NCBI RefSeq assembly: GCF_006345805.1
Contig: NC_043011.1
Location: 5,766,001 to 5,830,000, forward strand
Direction: 5' to 3'
Length of the DNA stretch: 64,000 nt
From: Octopus sinensis
Lineage: Eukaryota
Under the pieces are notes generated by a model. That model searched no databases, was not told the DNA's origin, and saw only the letters and a program-made list of their open reading frames with translations. Positions 63,833 through 64,000 of the stretch are shown one piece after another (position 1 is the first letter of the stretch; each line of letters begins with the position of its first letter). A program made the translations under genes and the position numbers.

Positions 63833-64000
63833 AAGTTGTTGTTGTTGTTGTTGTTGTTATTATTAAAGGTGGCAAGCTGGCAGAATCGTTAAAATACCAG
63901 GTAAAATGCTTTGTAGCATTTTATTCATCTTCACGTCCTAAGTTCAAATTCCACCAAGGTGGACTTTGCCTTTCATCTATTCAGGATTGCCAAAATAAGT

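Overview
AT-rich eukaryotic DNA dominated by microsatellites and interspersed repeats. The repeat repertoire looks like an octopus (coleoid cephalopod) genome; this is inference, not a database result. One host protein-coding exon is recognisable: the ATG-containing exon (4825-4965, minus strand) of a PLEKHA1/2 (TAPP1/2)-like PH-domain gene. A candidate non-coding first exon and CCAAT promoter lie ~22.7 kb upstream (27741-27900). The rest is mobile DNA: four recurrent SINE-like families (labelled A-D here), mariner DD34D-type and maT DD37D transposase fossils, several MITEs, two Helentron/DINE-like elements, RTE and RLE LINE fossils, and Penelope-like terminal fragments carrying minimal hammerhead-ribozyme-like motifs. 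The most interesting structure is a ~2.65 kb Helitron-bounded block (39655-42302). It holds an ORF1-only (HAL1-like) Tx1/L1-type element whose last 27 nt match the tail of SINE family B (25/27), a SINE that forms head-to-tail multimers at a GGTAYTT motif. Also notable are a ~228 bp palindrome with hammerhead-like cores in both arms (12426-12653) and a 350 bp TSD-flanked RTE-like mini-element (26696-27045). Almost all entries of the ORF track are microsatellite artefacts. Repeat boundaries were read by eye and are approximate.
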